Positions 11,907 to 25,367 of a stretch of DNA of 64,000 nucleotides are shown in pieces. The notes beneath the pieces are model-generated. The model was not told where the DNA came from, made no database searches, and saw nothing but the letters and a program-made list of their open reading frames with translations. Origin of the DNA: Cystobasidiomycetes sp. EMM_F5 (taxonomy: Eukaryota); contig JBPGPT010000009.1 of assembly GCA_051047955.1 (NCBI GenBank), positions 186,001 to 250,000 of the forward strand. Reading direction: 5' to 3'. The position numbers were made by a program, and so were the translations under genes. How positions within the stretch are numbered: the stretch's first letter is position 1; every line of letters begins with the position of its first letter.

Positions 11907-13614
11907 TCACCGAGGTCTCATCTGTACTCCGTTCGAGGGTGGACGAGCCGCTGCCGCTTTCTTGCGCGCTGCTTCCCGCTGCTTCCAGTAATACCTGATT
12001 TGACCGGCTTTCTCGACCAGCTGAAATTTGAGGGAGCGCTCAGCTCATCGTACGACAAACATGAGGATAGCCACTCACGACTGGCGCTTCCACACCATCC
12101 TTGATACTAGTGATTACGCTCTGAACTACGGTCGTGAAATTACCATCCGTTTTGTCGGTTCGAAAGCGCAACTTCCTCCAATTTTGGTGGTTTGCATCCC
12201 AGACTACTTCGATAATACGGTCATCGATTTGTTCGCCACTGGCTTTCCACCTTCGCAAGCGGAGTAATGTCAGCGGCATGCGATAGTGTCCAGCAACGAT
12301 TGTCTCACTCTTCCCATTCATCATCCTCCACATGCATGCAGTCAAAAAATTCGTGTCCGCGCTTGGTTCCGCAATTCTCCATCAATAGAAAGAGCGGCTT
12401 CACACGCAGATCCGCTTCCCTAGGATCCGTTGACGACGGTGGGAAGCGTAACTCCAGCTTAAAGTCTATCGAGTTTTCAGAGGGAGGTTTCCATTTGATG
12501 CTATACATTTGGCATACTTTAGCGCCTCCTGCAACATTACAGCAATGAAGAATACTCACATGCGAGGATCCGTGCCAGAGGTGTATGGTGCCTCTGCACC
12601 TGTGAAAATAAGTCCATCGTTGCCGTGCTGTAACTTTGGCAGATGCTCCTTGAATACAGCTTGGATGCCGTAAGCTAATTCCATCGGTTTGAGCTTGACT
12701 CTGCCGCGTGCGGGCTTTCAGGCGTCGTAAAATGAAAGCTATGTAAATCTGCCTACTGGAAAGGGGCATGCTTGACCATGTCCGGATACATTGCGAGCAG
12801 CTTGTGATGTGGCTTGACAATCCATTCCTTCAGGCGCTGCTCATGTGTTTCGGCTTCAGCTTGTACACAGAAACGAGTAATGTGGTTAGAAATACCCCAT
12901 ATCGACTGGAAAGAGGCTTGTGCATGAGATTCTCTTCGCCGACAACGAGACAGTCAAAGGTCAACAGGCACAATGTCCGCTAAGATGGGCATGCAAGTGA
13001 GTAAGTCTAGCAAAGTAGTGATGGTCATCTTGTGCACTTACTCTACCAGTCTTTGGATCTGTATCGATGACTAGCTCGCCGTCCAGCACAACATTCGAAT
13101 GCATCGAATCTGGTCCATCCTGGTGTGGGAACGCGAGACCATACTGGGCGTACAGATTCTCCTTCCTATCGATCTGAGGAAGCGTAATGAGCGTTTGGAC
13201 GTATTGCACTCATTGTGTGTGCAAATGACATACCAGATATACCTCTTGCGGTTGCTCCGGAACGCAAACAATGAGGACTAGTACTCTGACGCCATCCGAC
13301 TTTTCGCAAACCCAGAAGCTGCAAGCTATCGATGAGCACAATGCTAGATTCGGAGCATCACGAAAGCCCTACTCTTCTTGCATCAGCAGCTCTAGCGACT
13401 TATAGTCGAAACTGACCGGCTGCGAACCTGGAAACCTAACGAGCGTACGATAAGCTTCGAGAAGGTACGCATAACGCACACTATACCTGAGGCTCGGTTG
13501 CTTGGTCAGCAATGCCAGATGCGTCCGCAGCCCGTTGACATGGTCTGGATCCTGGACAAGTTGCCCAGGTATCGTCTCGGGTACAGAAGATAACCCTGCA
13601 TGTTGGGCCGCCAT
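11907..13614 (-). CDS. CEG1: mRNA capping enzyme, guanylyltransferase subunit
   Basis: FPGSQPVSF, motif I CEKSDGVR, VLDGELVID, KWKPPSENSIDFKL, C-terminal OB fold with RFRTDKTDGN. Confidence 0.95.
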
Positions 13615-13873
13615 AGTGCAGGCGACAATGCCGTATGTAAGCGCTATGGCCGCATTTCGTTACATGAAATGTGCAGAATAGTTGTCACGGTGAGCGCGTA
13701 GCGATTGTCTGAGAAACAAGGAGTGCCCTATCTGAGAGCGACACTAGGTGATTCTGCTACCAAAGACGGTCTACATTGCTGCTCGAATAGTGGGTACAGC
13801 CTTCGCGCTAATTCGGCTTTACTTTTATTAGAAACAACAAGGAAAGATACTCCGTACGCGTACACTGCCGTTG

Positions 13874-14659
13874 TCATAGATCGAAAATATCGTCGTCGTC
13901 TTCTTCGTGGTTTCCAGTTGCTGCTTGCCGACTACTTTGGCTACATCCCTGGGTTCTCTTTGTCTGTGCCGTAGATTCCTCATAATCGAAATCATCATCT
14001 TCGTCGTCCGACAAACTCTTGTCTTGCCGTCGGTTTATCTATGAGTCGAAGGTCAATACTCACCGGCAAGTCACATCTCTCCGGGATAGTAGGAACGCTT
14101 ACTGTGATCTTGCTTTTATTGGCTGCCCCGCTATTCTGCCCTTCCGCTTGTGCGACTTGTTCCAACAGGTTGAGCAATTGATCATCCGATACTCGGCCCC
14201 GCAGTTGACCAGATCTAGCCATGCGGACCAGTAGCTCTTCTACGCTTCGCCCTCGTTCAGGACGGACCAAAGCGATACGCGCCACTGTGTTATTTTCAAA
14301 AACGTCAGGTGTACATCCTTTTGATCCAAACTTAGTCGGCGAGAATAACGATACATACGCCGTTCTCTCGCTTGCGGATCTAGTATTTGTGACATTACTG
14401 TTCGACGGGTGTCTTCGGCATCCTGTGCTTGTTTCGCCTGGTCCTGTTGCTTCGGTTAGTGCACGTGTGATTGATTAGCAGGGCATTTCGGACAGCACAC
14501 TTCTTCGCTGGGTACATCTTGCCCGGCTTGACCACCAGACAACTCTGCTAGCCGTTTCTACAGAGCGTTTTCAAACAATGTCAGCCTGCTTGCTATCCGT
14601 CGATTTTCGCTACTCGGCAAACTTGCCTGCCTTATGGCAGCCAGCTCAGCATCCGACAT
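13874..14659 (-). CDS. PDCD5: PDCD5/TFAR19 family protein
   Basis: MSDAELAAIRQ|KRLAEL ... ARER-RIALVRPERGRSVEELLVRMARSGQLRGRVSDDQLLNLLEQV; acidic C-terminus. Confidence 0.9.
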
Positions 14660-14836
14660 GCTTCAGGCTTCAAAATGATGTTAATCAAGTAGCGTGCTCA
14701 GAGCTCAGGTCGACCTAAGGAAGAAGCTATATTGATGGTTTCCTAATCACTTTGATCGGTGACGGCTGGCGACACGCCAATACTGGTGCAGCCAAATGAC
14801 TGCTGCATGGCCTTCATGTAGAGCTACATCTCATCA

Positions 14837-17026
14837 ATGAGTCACGCACGTCGAGCCTCGACTTTCAATGGAGTAAAGCGTCCAGAAGCGTCGCCAAAGC
14901 CGTCAACGTCAAAGATACCCGACACAATCTCGGATGAAGAGGACGACGATGACGAGACTCTGCACTGTGCCATCTGTCTATCTGTGATTGAGGACAGGAC
15001 CGTGTGCGATCCTTGTCAGCATGGTCAGTCTAATCCGGATGAACGCAGTCTCTACTCGCGGAATTGACTCGTGGAGCTATCCCAAGACGCATACTGCTTC
15101 AGCTGCATTCTTGCCTGGACAGAAACATCTCGTCGATGTCCGCTTTGCACTCGGCAAATCCAGCTTCTTGTTCACTCAATCCGAAGCGAACGGGATTTCC
15201 AGAGGGTACATATCAGGCTTACAGTAGCTTCTTGCGCCTTTCTTCTGACGAGGTTTCACATTTTACTACAGTATTATCTGCCCCCTCTCCCGGACAAGGA
15301 CGATTCAGCGTCAATTTCTCGGAACGCAAGTGGTCTGCGAGAAGGAGCCAGAAGACAATTGTACGATAGACCGACTCACCCACGCTTCAAGTATGCAGAT
15401 TGGAGGGAAAGAAATCGTGCAACTGAGCTGTCGGAAGCAGAGGCAGAGCTTCTGGCTTTGCAGAAGCGAAAGTACGTCTATCGTCACAATCTATTTGTAA
15501 AGCACGTTGCCTCGAACAGGTTCACAAGGGTAAGGATGTATCGATACGCCGAACCTTTATGCCTTCTTGACAGCACGCATTCCAACAGTATCGGGATCAC
15601 ACCGCTCAACAGATTCAAGCATCCGCAGAACTAAAACAACGGTTGACGCACTGGGTTCGCCGCGAACTGCGTGTATTCGGAAACGTTGATTCGGAGTTTC
15701 TGACGGGCTACATTGTCAGTATTGCTTCCCAGCTAGAATTACGGTCAGATAGCGCATCACGCCTCTTAGCCGAATTTCTCGGTGACGCGCAGTCTGAGCA
15801 CTTTCTGCAGTAGGCTCAAATAGCAACGTTTGATCTGCTAAGATTCCTGACATGCGGTTTGCTGATTAGCGAGACCTACAATTTCTTGCGGAGTCCTTAC
15901 AAGGATCTTCGGCACTACGACAGGTCTGTCCAGTATGAGTAAGCCTTGTGCACCCGTGCACCGGCCAGCGTTGAGCAAAGTATACAGCCGACCCGTATGC
16001 ACTCAAGATGCGCGCCCAAATGGGAAGCCCAGGAGGAAGTCCGAAACGGTACCGCAGGACGCCCGAAAGTACCGACCGCGCTCGCCTTCACCGCCAGGCA
16101 TTGACGACAGAAGACGGAACTCACGAAGCGAAACATCAGACCTCAAACAACATAATAGGGCTGATCGCTCCGCCAGGATCCCGTCAGCGCGTGGACAAAT
16201 CGGTTCAGAGTTAACTCGCGAAGACACGATCTGTGCCGCAATGCCAAACGTAGTAGATTCACATCAAACTGCTCTGCTTACTGCAGCGACAGAGTCAGAG
16301 CCAAGTCTTCCGTCGCCAATGCAAGATTCCGACATCGAAGACATCATATCTCTGGGTGACGAATCAGACAAATCAGAGTCAGATGTGCGGGCGCTGCGGG
16401 CGAAGAAACTGCGTCGTACTGAGCCTGCGCCCGCAAAAGTTGCATTAGCTATTTTAGGCGCAGCTGAAAGACGGCAGAATATTGAAAACAAGCAGGGGAC
16501 GCCAAGCAATCCACGCGCAACTCGCAGCAGCGAAGTACCGACAGAGCTGTCAACTCCGAGTGTAGCAGTAGCATCTACATTTTCCACACCGCGGACGGTC
16601 ACGGCTGCTGTGGATCCCGTGCACCGGGGCTCCGTCGACGTCGACTTGCGCAAGCGCTTTATGCGGAAGCTCGAGGAGGCAAAGTTAGTGGCTCAGAAGC
16701 ACGACGCAGCGTCAGTTGCAGCCGCTAATGGGAATCCGGAGCACGAACAGCGCCTCAAGGCTTCCGTCATGGCAATGAGGGCTTCACGCTTGTCAGCTCC
16801 ACTAAGGTCAACGCCGGCGTTTAGTTCAAAAGAAGATGCGGATACGCCCATGCGGGTACACTCTGCTTCACCCATAGTGGCATTATTGAACGACGAACAT
16901 TTAGATCTGGCAAATGCACGGCGAGCGAGTCTAACGGAGCGTATTGCAAAGGAGAAGAAACAGGTAGAGTTGCGCAATAGGCTATCTGCTGCCAAAGCCT
17001 CGATAAGTCCAGGGAATCCAGCTTAG
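14837..17026 (+). CDS. C3HC4 RING E3 ligase, Topors-like, with a long disordered C-terminus
   Basis: CAICL...CDPCQH|..YCFSCILAW...CPLC; helical block WVRRELRVF...EFLTGYIVSI...EHFLHETYNFLRSPY...YDRSVQY, typical of Topors-like proteins. Confidence 0.8.
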
Positions 17027-17118
17027 GCAGAGTTCCTGTGCTATGCTACATAATGTTTCTCATCCGCTCCGCGTCTGACCTTCGCAAGAGTGACTTATAT
17101 TGGGCGTTTGCGAAAGAA

Positions 17119-19069
17119 TCAAAAGCCAGCAGAAGTCGTCTCGACGAATCTCTGCCACCTTAGCACAATTTCTCTTACATCCGTAATGTACGATCCGCGG
17201 TCGAGCAAAAATAGCTCCACGTGAATCTTACCACAATCAGAGCACTTTTCTCTGGATTCGCCCTTGTCACCGCGCTGCAGCGACTGGTTGGCGGCGACTC
17301 CGGCCAGCTCGATGAGACACAATCGCTCCCAGCGATGATGGTTCGGCGCGCCCTGCTCAGCAAAGGCCAGTGCTCCGTTCAGCATTCCCGAGGGGGTCGA
17401 AGAAGAAATATGCTGGTGATGCAAAGGATGGGATGGGTGTAGCGGGAAGATGTTGCGGACGATTGGCTCCCGACTTCGGCATTGAGATCGCCATTGAGAT
17501 AGTCTTGCAACAGGCTTTACGGATCGACCAAGCTTAATGAACGTTGTGCTGCTCTCGTTGATGCCTATTCTTATGTGTCAGCATGAGCATTGTTGCGCGA
17601 AAGAAAGACGCGTCAAGCTTACCGGAGTTTGCCATTTCGTGCACGTAAATGTAACCCGGTATATCATCGCTGCTTACAGGTTTGGAGATCTCATGTCGTA
17701 ATTGTAGCTGAGTTTCGCCTGGAAGGTAAGTTGGGATCCAGCCTACATCAACGGAACGATGTCAGAAGTCTGCAGTTGAGAACACAATTCACGCACTGTC
17801 GAATTCGACATAATATTCTCCTACGAAGACGCCTTGTTGAGCAAGCGTTTGTTTCGCATGTTGGAAGCAGTAGACTGGAAGCTCCTCATAGACCTGGTGC
17901 GTGCTTTCCATATTCGCAACATCGTGAGTTCTGCGATTGTGAGATTCGAGACGCGCATATTCGTCCTCAAACTCTTCATCCTCCTCGTTCGCACTGAGCG
18001 GAGATTTGCGGGGACGGCTGCCTGTGCCATCGCGTCTTGGTATGAACGTCCGATGTCTTTGCCGCGATATACTCAGTCGGCGATCTAGTTTACTGAGAGC
18101 GTCGAATGTGTGAGCTGAAGACGCGCCATAAAGCTCATCGATAGCGGAATTTGGGATATCAGGCCCAGTCTTTCTAGCTTCCGCCTTGATCGGACTAGCA
18201 TGACCATCTTTCTTTTTCGATTTTGCCGCTCCGCCTACGATACGCGTACATCTCTTACCGTCCGCTTTCGTTCCGTGACATTGATTCGGTTTGCTCTCAC
18301 TAGGAGTTGTCGCAATGGCCGGACGATTAGACTTCGAGGGTGAAGCAGACTGAGATGTTTTGTTGACTGAAGATGAAGGCGTGGGCGCGAAAGAGCCCGG
18401 TGTGCTGTGTGCAGGCCGTATGAATACGGGTCTACTTGCTTGGAGGGATGTTGGACGCGGCGGAGTAGAGTATGCATGTCCTCGGTGAGGTGGAGGTGTC
18501 TGTAAACTCGTTGGGCGAGAATTGGTATTATGCGGAGGATGTGTGGCGTTTGAGAAAGGACGAGAAGATGGAGTAGATGAGCTCTCCCCATGCAGATGAA
18601 CCTGCGTGGCTCTGGGCTCTACAAAACCGCCAGGGTAATAGGAGGACTGGTCCGGAAACGGGACTTCTTGCGAATACAAAGGTTTTCGCGTGGGCGAGGG
18701 AGTGTTTTGCTGAAGTTGAGTTGCAAGCTGTGTACTATCTGCAGGAGATGAAGGCCATTGCACAGATCCCTTACTCTCGGGAGGCTGCGTGTTTCGTTTG
18801 CCTTGATAGTTTGACGACCATTGCGGCATGGACGGGCTTTGTCCACTGGGCGACCCATTTGCGTCTCGTATATACAATTGACTCGAGGCGTACGCAGCAA
18901 GGGCATTGTCATTGCATGCGTTATGAGGATGACATCTCGGCGGTGTACTAGGATGAGGCCTGTCATTCAGACGAGTGGGAGGCGCTGATGGTTTCGACGA
19001 GGAAGGTGCAGATTCCGGAGACCTGTTGAGCTCTTGGAACAGAGCATTGAACCAAGTAGCTTTCTGCAT
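17119..19069 (-). CDS. T5orf172/Mug113-domain (GIY-YIG-like) protein with a disordered N-terminus
   Basis: QCHGTKADGKRC, YCFQH, PGYIYVHEM, FIKLGRSVKPVARLSQWRSQC, HRWERLCLIEL, CSDCGKIHVELF. Start codon uncertain. Confidence 0.8.
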
Positions 19070-19444
19070 CTGTATGGGAAAGTAATGCTGCGCGTGTTGA
19101 CTGTGTGGCGCGGCATCTGACGTGACGGTCTTCTCACGGCATCAAGCATACGGAGCCTGCTACCTGGGGATGCTCATTGAAGCTTCACTAGAGGTACAGT
19201 CATAGCTTGTCATTGTCGTTACTCTTCTGGTCTTTGGCAAAAGCAACCCGTAACCTGGCCGAGTGTCAGAACGCTGCTGAGCTGGAAATAGGGGTACTGT
19301 ACTGGCACAAGCTAGGTATCAGAGAGCATGGAACTCGACTGCTCACATACCCAGCATGTACACAATGGCCACGCCTAAAGTAGTCAGTCAATTCCGAAAA
19401 AGTACAACGACATGATCTACTTCGAGAATTGCTGCTACACTGCA

Positions 19445-20751
19445 TTACAATGCATACGCGCTTCCAAGCACACCCACTACCCATACTACTAGAAGAGAGT
19501 AGAACCCCATACTCGAGATCGACAGAGAAGGAAGAGCAGAAGAAGGCGACGAGACCGCGACGAGCGGAGCAAATGTCGGTCCACATTTGACTGCTATCGC
19601 TGCTCTTGCGCTGGCGTATGTGTCTGATAATTGTAGCGTGGTATTCTGGGCATACGTGCTGTGAAGACAGACAAATCATCATGAGTACGGGCTGGCAAGA
19701 CACTGTTGGAGTAAAGTCGGCTCACCTGAATGTTTCCAATACGGATCTCGAGCAAGCGTCACACGTAGGTTGAGCGCCCGATGGCAGACTACTACCTGTG
19801 CCGAGGTAGTAGAGGTATGCGTTGCTGAAGAGGGTACATGAAGTGTGGAATAGGTAAAGTAGGTAAGGAAAAATTGGACAGTACATCAGCATCCGATCGC
19901 TTATACACACTCGTCGACCTATGGCCGACTCGCTCACTCACCTCGGATCCTTTGCCGCGACTGCTTCTGCAAAGCAATACTTGCCCGTCTGCCCATCCTT
20001 CTGACATCCTACAGCTCGATATACTTTATAATTCCTAAACCCATTTACTGCAGCTTGAACTACCGGATTACTCAATTTTAGATCCTTGCCGCACCCGTTC
20101 ACGTCGTCAATAATGCTACTGGCCAGATTGTCCATGATGGCACTACACGTCGCTGCGTCTACACTACAAATCCTGTCCAGGACTGATGGAAGGAGAGTCG
20201 TATTTTGCATTGCTTGGAAGAAGGAGGTTGATGTGCCGAGCTGTCAGACGTATGGTGTGTTGCAGTCAGCAATCGCAACTAGCGTCTATTCATTGGTTGA
20301 CAGACATACGAGCAGTGATAGGGGAAAGCATGCCTTGAAGGAAGGATCGTTCAGGAAGGACTGAAAGAAGGACGGACAGGACGGGGCTGTAAAGTTGACG
20401 CCTAGACTTGCACTGGCAAATAGAGCGTACATGTTTAGGCAATGCACAATCTCGAAATGATGGATTAACGCACTCGAAGGCCTGCGGCATGACATAGCCT
20501 GGAGGGAGAGTACTGCTTGCGGGGACTGCGGAGAATGAAGGTTGAGGAGGAGTTGTACTACTGCTGTTTTTTATCGTAGAAGGAGACTGCTGCCGCTTTG
20601 ACGGGTGAGCCATGATACAGCCTGCCGTGCTAGCAGACATGTCGAGGCGGGCCATCCGATGAGATAGTACGATGCTGCAGCCCTGTGTTGAAACTGCCAG
20701 CAGTGCTGCTGATATCGATAGTGTGCACAGGCCGCATCGTCGAAGTCGCAT
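19445..20751 (-). CDS. Secreted Cys-rich, probably GPI-anchored fungal protein (DUF7729-like)
   Basis: Hydrophobic N-terminus after MRLRR; SCPSFFQSFLNDPSFKACFPLSLL, GCQKDGQTGKYCFAEA, PTCDACSRSV; Ser-rich spacer and hydrophobic tail LLVVWVVGVLGSAYAL. Confidence 0.7.
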
Positions 20752-21255
20752 TCGGCAGAGTAGATGGCGTGTAGAGTGGGTTGTTTGAGTGAGCGTGGGA
20801 GGAGTTCGGTGTGCTGAACGAGCGTGGATGGGTGTGCCAGTGGTTGAGATTACTGCTACTTCATGACAGAAAACAAGTCCAACTACATTCGTTTGCTGTT
20901 TGGACACCAACTTGGAATTGATCGGCAGTCAAGGATTTGGACAAGAATCAAAGTCATTGCAGGGATAGATTACGAGTGCAATGTCGCAGCAGGTTGCAAG
21001 TGTACTTCCATTCTAGTTCTCGCAGCAGCAATACATCTACACCACCTCGCACCCTGTCGGTTCTCGGCTATTGCAGCTCTCGCTGTTCCTGGCCTGGATT
21101 GCGCGTCAATGACGCACCCAGATCGAAGTTGTGCGTGATGTCGCAAAAGCATTTCTGCATTCTGTGCTTGGCTTTACAGTCTTTCAATACCAAATTTGCA
21201 CAGTCAAATAGCGTTCTTCTGACTGTCCCATCCCCACCCAACTCCCTACCACACT

Positions 21256-24200
21256 ATGCCAAACGAACGCACTCCTTTACTACGAGACGTCGAGCAGACT
21301 CTGCAGACGTACAAGCCAGACTTGCTACACGCCGCAAAGATAATAGGAGCACTACAAGCCGGCAAGCTGCCCTCGCAGAGTCAGGTGGATGCCGCTCTCG
21401 ATGCTCTCACGAGTAAAAGCAGTGTCCTGTCGCCGGACAGGAGGAGAGGAGAGGGAAAGCTGTCTGATGGCGCAAAGACGCTGCTAGATGACGTGAGAAA
21501 CGTCTTGAAGGCGGTCAAGGTATGGCTGGATGCAAAGAATGAGGGGGATGTCCTGCAAGAGCTCGTATGGAACGCAAAGAGGGCGAGTGCGGATATTGAT
21601 TTGGATGTCGACGGAGGTGAGCACAAAATGCAGGCTAGCATACAGTCGGGCGGAGCGTGATCTGCAAAATCCGATGCTCAACGCGCATGCGCTGCCAAAT
21701 GATGACATCTATAGTCGTCATTCTTACTGACTATGCTTTTTCTCTTTCTGTTTCTATCTATCTTACGACTCACTTCTTCCAACTCCGACCATCTCGTATC
21801 ATCCCTCTTCGCACTCTTCACCTTGTCACACTTGTCTCTTGACCGTCACCGTTGTCCTACCGGTATTTTCTCCGCTTTTCCTCTTGACCCTTACATTCGG
21901 GTATTAACCAATACTCTGCTGGGACTCTTTCTGTGCTTTGTGCCACGTATCTCTCATTCTCATACTATTCCATTCCCTTCGTATGTGACGATATCAACAG
22001 ACATCAAGAAACCCGCCTCTGCTTCCGAAGTCAAGAAGGATGCCAACGATCTATCCGAGACATTCCGTACTCTCGTATCTCTCGCACTAGACCAAGCCAA
22101 AATTCTGAAACGCGAAGCGACTCAATCCGGATCTGGTATACTTGGCGATCTCGTCCTACTGTCGCGAGACTTGCTCGCAGATGCAGCAGAGGAAGTGTCT
22201 TCCCTTGCTGATGAAGCCGCAAAGGAGCTGAGACCGCAAGAAGGCGACGACGGTAAAGTTTCCAAGGAGGATCTCAAGAACAAGGGAAAACAGGTACAAG
22301 AGAAGGCAAAGCAGAAGACCGACGAAGCCAAGCAGAGACTGCAGAAGGAGAAGGAGCCAGTTCAGGGCAAAGCTGTGGATGCAAAAGATAAGGCTGTCGA
22401 TAGACTTGTTGAGGTGAGTCTCGACTCTCCCACTCTTTGCCTCGTCACTGAACTGACACTGGTATTCACGTATAGGTCGCCCAGCGCATCCAAAAGGACC
22501 CAGCCTCCAAGAAGGCTTTCCAGCAGCTGTACGGTCTCGCTCGCAAGTACTACAAAAAGACGGGGCAGGCAATCCAAGCTACCGCTGATTCCGTACAGGT
22601 CGACGGGGATGTCAAGGGCAACGAGCACACCAAGCGTGCCACTGCGTCCTTCAAGAAACTGCTCGAGAATCTCGCAGACGGCAAATCTTCTGATCCCCTC
22701 ATCGAAGCTGCTCAGAAAGTATTTGACGACATCAAGAATGACGAGCGCCTCTCGAGCTATTTCGATGACATTGAGCAATTCCTTAACAAGCTACTTGAAG
22801 ATCCAGACTACGCTGCGTCCAAAGCACCAAAGCAGGAGGCAGGTAAACTCTACGACCGTGGCCAAGCTCTGCTCAATGAGAATGCAGATTGGAAAAAGGA
22901 CGCAAAGGCACTCCAGTCTGAGCTCGAAGCATTCTCACAAGCTATCATCAACGATAAACAAGGAAAAGCAGTTGCCGACGCAGTCGCCAAACTCGGAAAG
23001 GATGTTGCGAGTACCGCAAAGGTCGGAGCGAAGATGTTTAGAGGACAAGCAGGCGCTTTCTACCGCGACCTTGTCAATATCGTCTTGCCTCGTACTCTCT
23101 CGCTGCTCAAGGAAGTCCCCATTCCTAGGTAAGTCAGGCTCATCGTAGCCTTTTTGAGATCTGACTGACGCGTTCGTCTGGACATTTTGCTTAGTACCGA
23201 GTACAAGTCCAAGGACATCGAGTTTGTCATCGACAACTTCACCATCACCTCTGCGTCTTTCGTACCAGATAACCTGGTCGTCACCAATCATTCTGAATTT
23301 TCAGCTCGCGGGATTGGCAAATCCAGCGCTACTGCCAACGTCGAGTCTTCGACTCGCGTCAAGTTCGATGGTCTTCGGTTCACAGCCAAGGACGTATCTT
23401 TCTGGGTCCGCCGACCAGGTGCCTTCCTGCTGTCCGAAGAGAGGGGCCTGCTGGATCTCTCTCTGACTGGCCAAGGACTGTCTGGAGACTTAGCCCTTGC
23501 TCTGTCGGACGAGGACGATGATGAGACTTACTTCAAGGTTACAAATTCGAGCGTCTCGCTCAAGAATTTGTCGCTCAAAATTCACGACAACTACCACTAC
23601 ATCCTGTCTTTCTTGTTCGGACCAATCCTGAATGCGGCAGTCAAAGTCAGCTTGGAACATGCTCTGTCAGCACAGCTATCAGATTCATTCGAGATGCTCG
23701 ATTGGTGAGGTTTACTGGATTACCGCTAGGAACAGAGGGAAAGCAGCTAATCATGCTCTTGGTGATACAGGCGGGCATTCGACATTCGCCGACGTGCAGT
23801 ACGATACGAGTCTCAAGGCTACACGACTTCGCAAGCTTACGCTCGTGCTTTGTCGGAGCCCGCCCCTTCGGCTTCATCAGGCCCGAGCGCTCTGTCCGGT
23901 TTGCACTCGACTTCGAAAGGCTTCATCCGGGACGACCGCGGCCCTCATGATGCGCAAATTGCTATCGGTGGTCATCAGCTCTTGCCAGGCAAGAGTGGAC
24001 CAAAGAGCAGCTTGGAGCAAGCCAAGGCTAAAGCCAATGCAGCTGTTGACCGAGTCGACAGAGAAACGGGCGCATCATCCAAAATCAAGTTTGCTCAGCG
24101 ACAGGTCACAAATGCAGCTGGTACCTCCAACCCGGATGCCGCGGCTGCCCAAGCCAAGCAACAGGCAAAGGATATGCAAAACATCGTCAGGGAGGAGTTT

Positions 24201-24284
24201 GCAGATGTCGGACGGACTGTTGACGCGCAGCGTGACGCAGAGGACGAGCAGAACGGATGGAAGAGCGATGTGTTCAGCCTCTGA
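21256..24284 (+). CDS. HAM1-like (DUF5923/DUF4449) fungal protein: helical N-terminus, BPI-like C-terminus
   Basis: ALQAGKLPSQSQV N-terminal motif; EVPIP|TEYKSKDIEFVIDN, GLRFTAKDVSFWV, LSFLFGPILNAAVK. Spliced frame is continuous. Confidence 0.7.
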
Positions 24285-24911
24285 ATGGGTATTGCGACTC
24301 TCAAAGTGGCAATTGAAGTGGCCGCGACGGCCAAATTGGACAAGAGCTTCCAAGGCTTGAAACCGAATACCCGTGAGATTACGAAAATCCTCTGTACTGC
24401 TAGCATACACGAAATGTCAGACTGTAAGCTCACGCAAAGTGACCGAGGTAACGGGTGCGAATTGAATGGGGAGCATCGCCTGAGCTGCAGCTGTGCCATC
24501 TCCACCGCCCCTACAATTGACGCGTTTACATGCTCGCCTCTCTCTCTGCATCATATCCCTCAATAGTCACTTATCAAATTGCCATCCTTTCGCCAGCATG
24601 TCTTCAACTCTAGCTCTCTGGTCCATGTTACGTTTTGCCCTCTCCATATCATCCAAGCGGACGTCGGTATACAAGCTGGTCCTGGCGGCTTACCTCGCAG
24701 CGATTTTCAAGCACAGCATGTCAAGCCGCCTCATAGCACTGAACGAAGGTGTATCGTTTCTTCGTCCCGCAAACAATCCAGGTTCCGCGTCGATAGTCAG
24801 GCGGATGTCTTCATCGCTTGTCGTCAACTCTGCCAAGCCTTCCAATGTGGTATCTGCTGATATGATGGCGACGACGGCTTTATTAAGTCAGCTGAAGACT
24901 CGAAGCAGAAG

Positions 24912-25367
24912 TCAGTCTACGTCCACGACAGTGTCGGCAGCAGGGTTGGCCAGATCAGCCAGATCAATGTCTATCTGAGATAGCATATGCAAGCCGTAGA
25001 AGTACTTGTCATCTGTGCTACGAAGCTTGAGCATTGAGCAATGATGATAATGAGCATAAAACTTCTCAACGACCCGCAGATTCGGGACAACTTGAATTTG
25101 GAGCTACATGTCGATGGGTCTTTAGAGCATCCATTCAAAAAGAAAGCATGCACTTTCGAGAGGCTGAACACCAACGACATGAGAGCGAGGAAAGCTGACG
25201 CGTTTGATGTCTGACGTTTATCAGATGTTACACAAGGTCCAAGCTCAACCGCCATCTGACTGACATCATTACCGCTGTACAGCGCACACTGTCAGACAGA
25301 AAGTGCGTGCGAAATGCCCAAGTCAGAAATCGCAATGGCTGCAACTTGCCTTCACTCGTTCTCGCAT
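24912..25367 (-). CDS. Small hypothetical protein (tentative 3-exon model)
   Basis: MRERVK|CALYSGND...LSRICG|TDDKYFYGLHMLSQIDIDLADLANP... is joinable via a GC-AG and a GT-AG intron. No recognisable domain. Confidence 0.3.

Noticed and set aside
21657..21731. Box C/D snoRNA call within the long intron
   Set aside because: The good C-box-to-CTGA spacing is too short, the alternative C box is degenerate, and no rRNA complement was recognised; kept only as a note in the intron finding.
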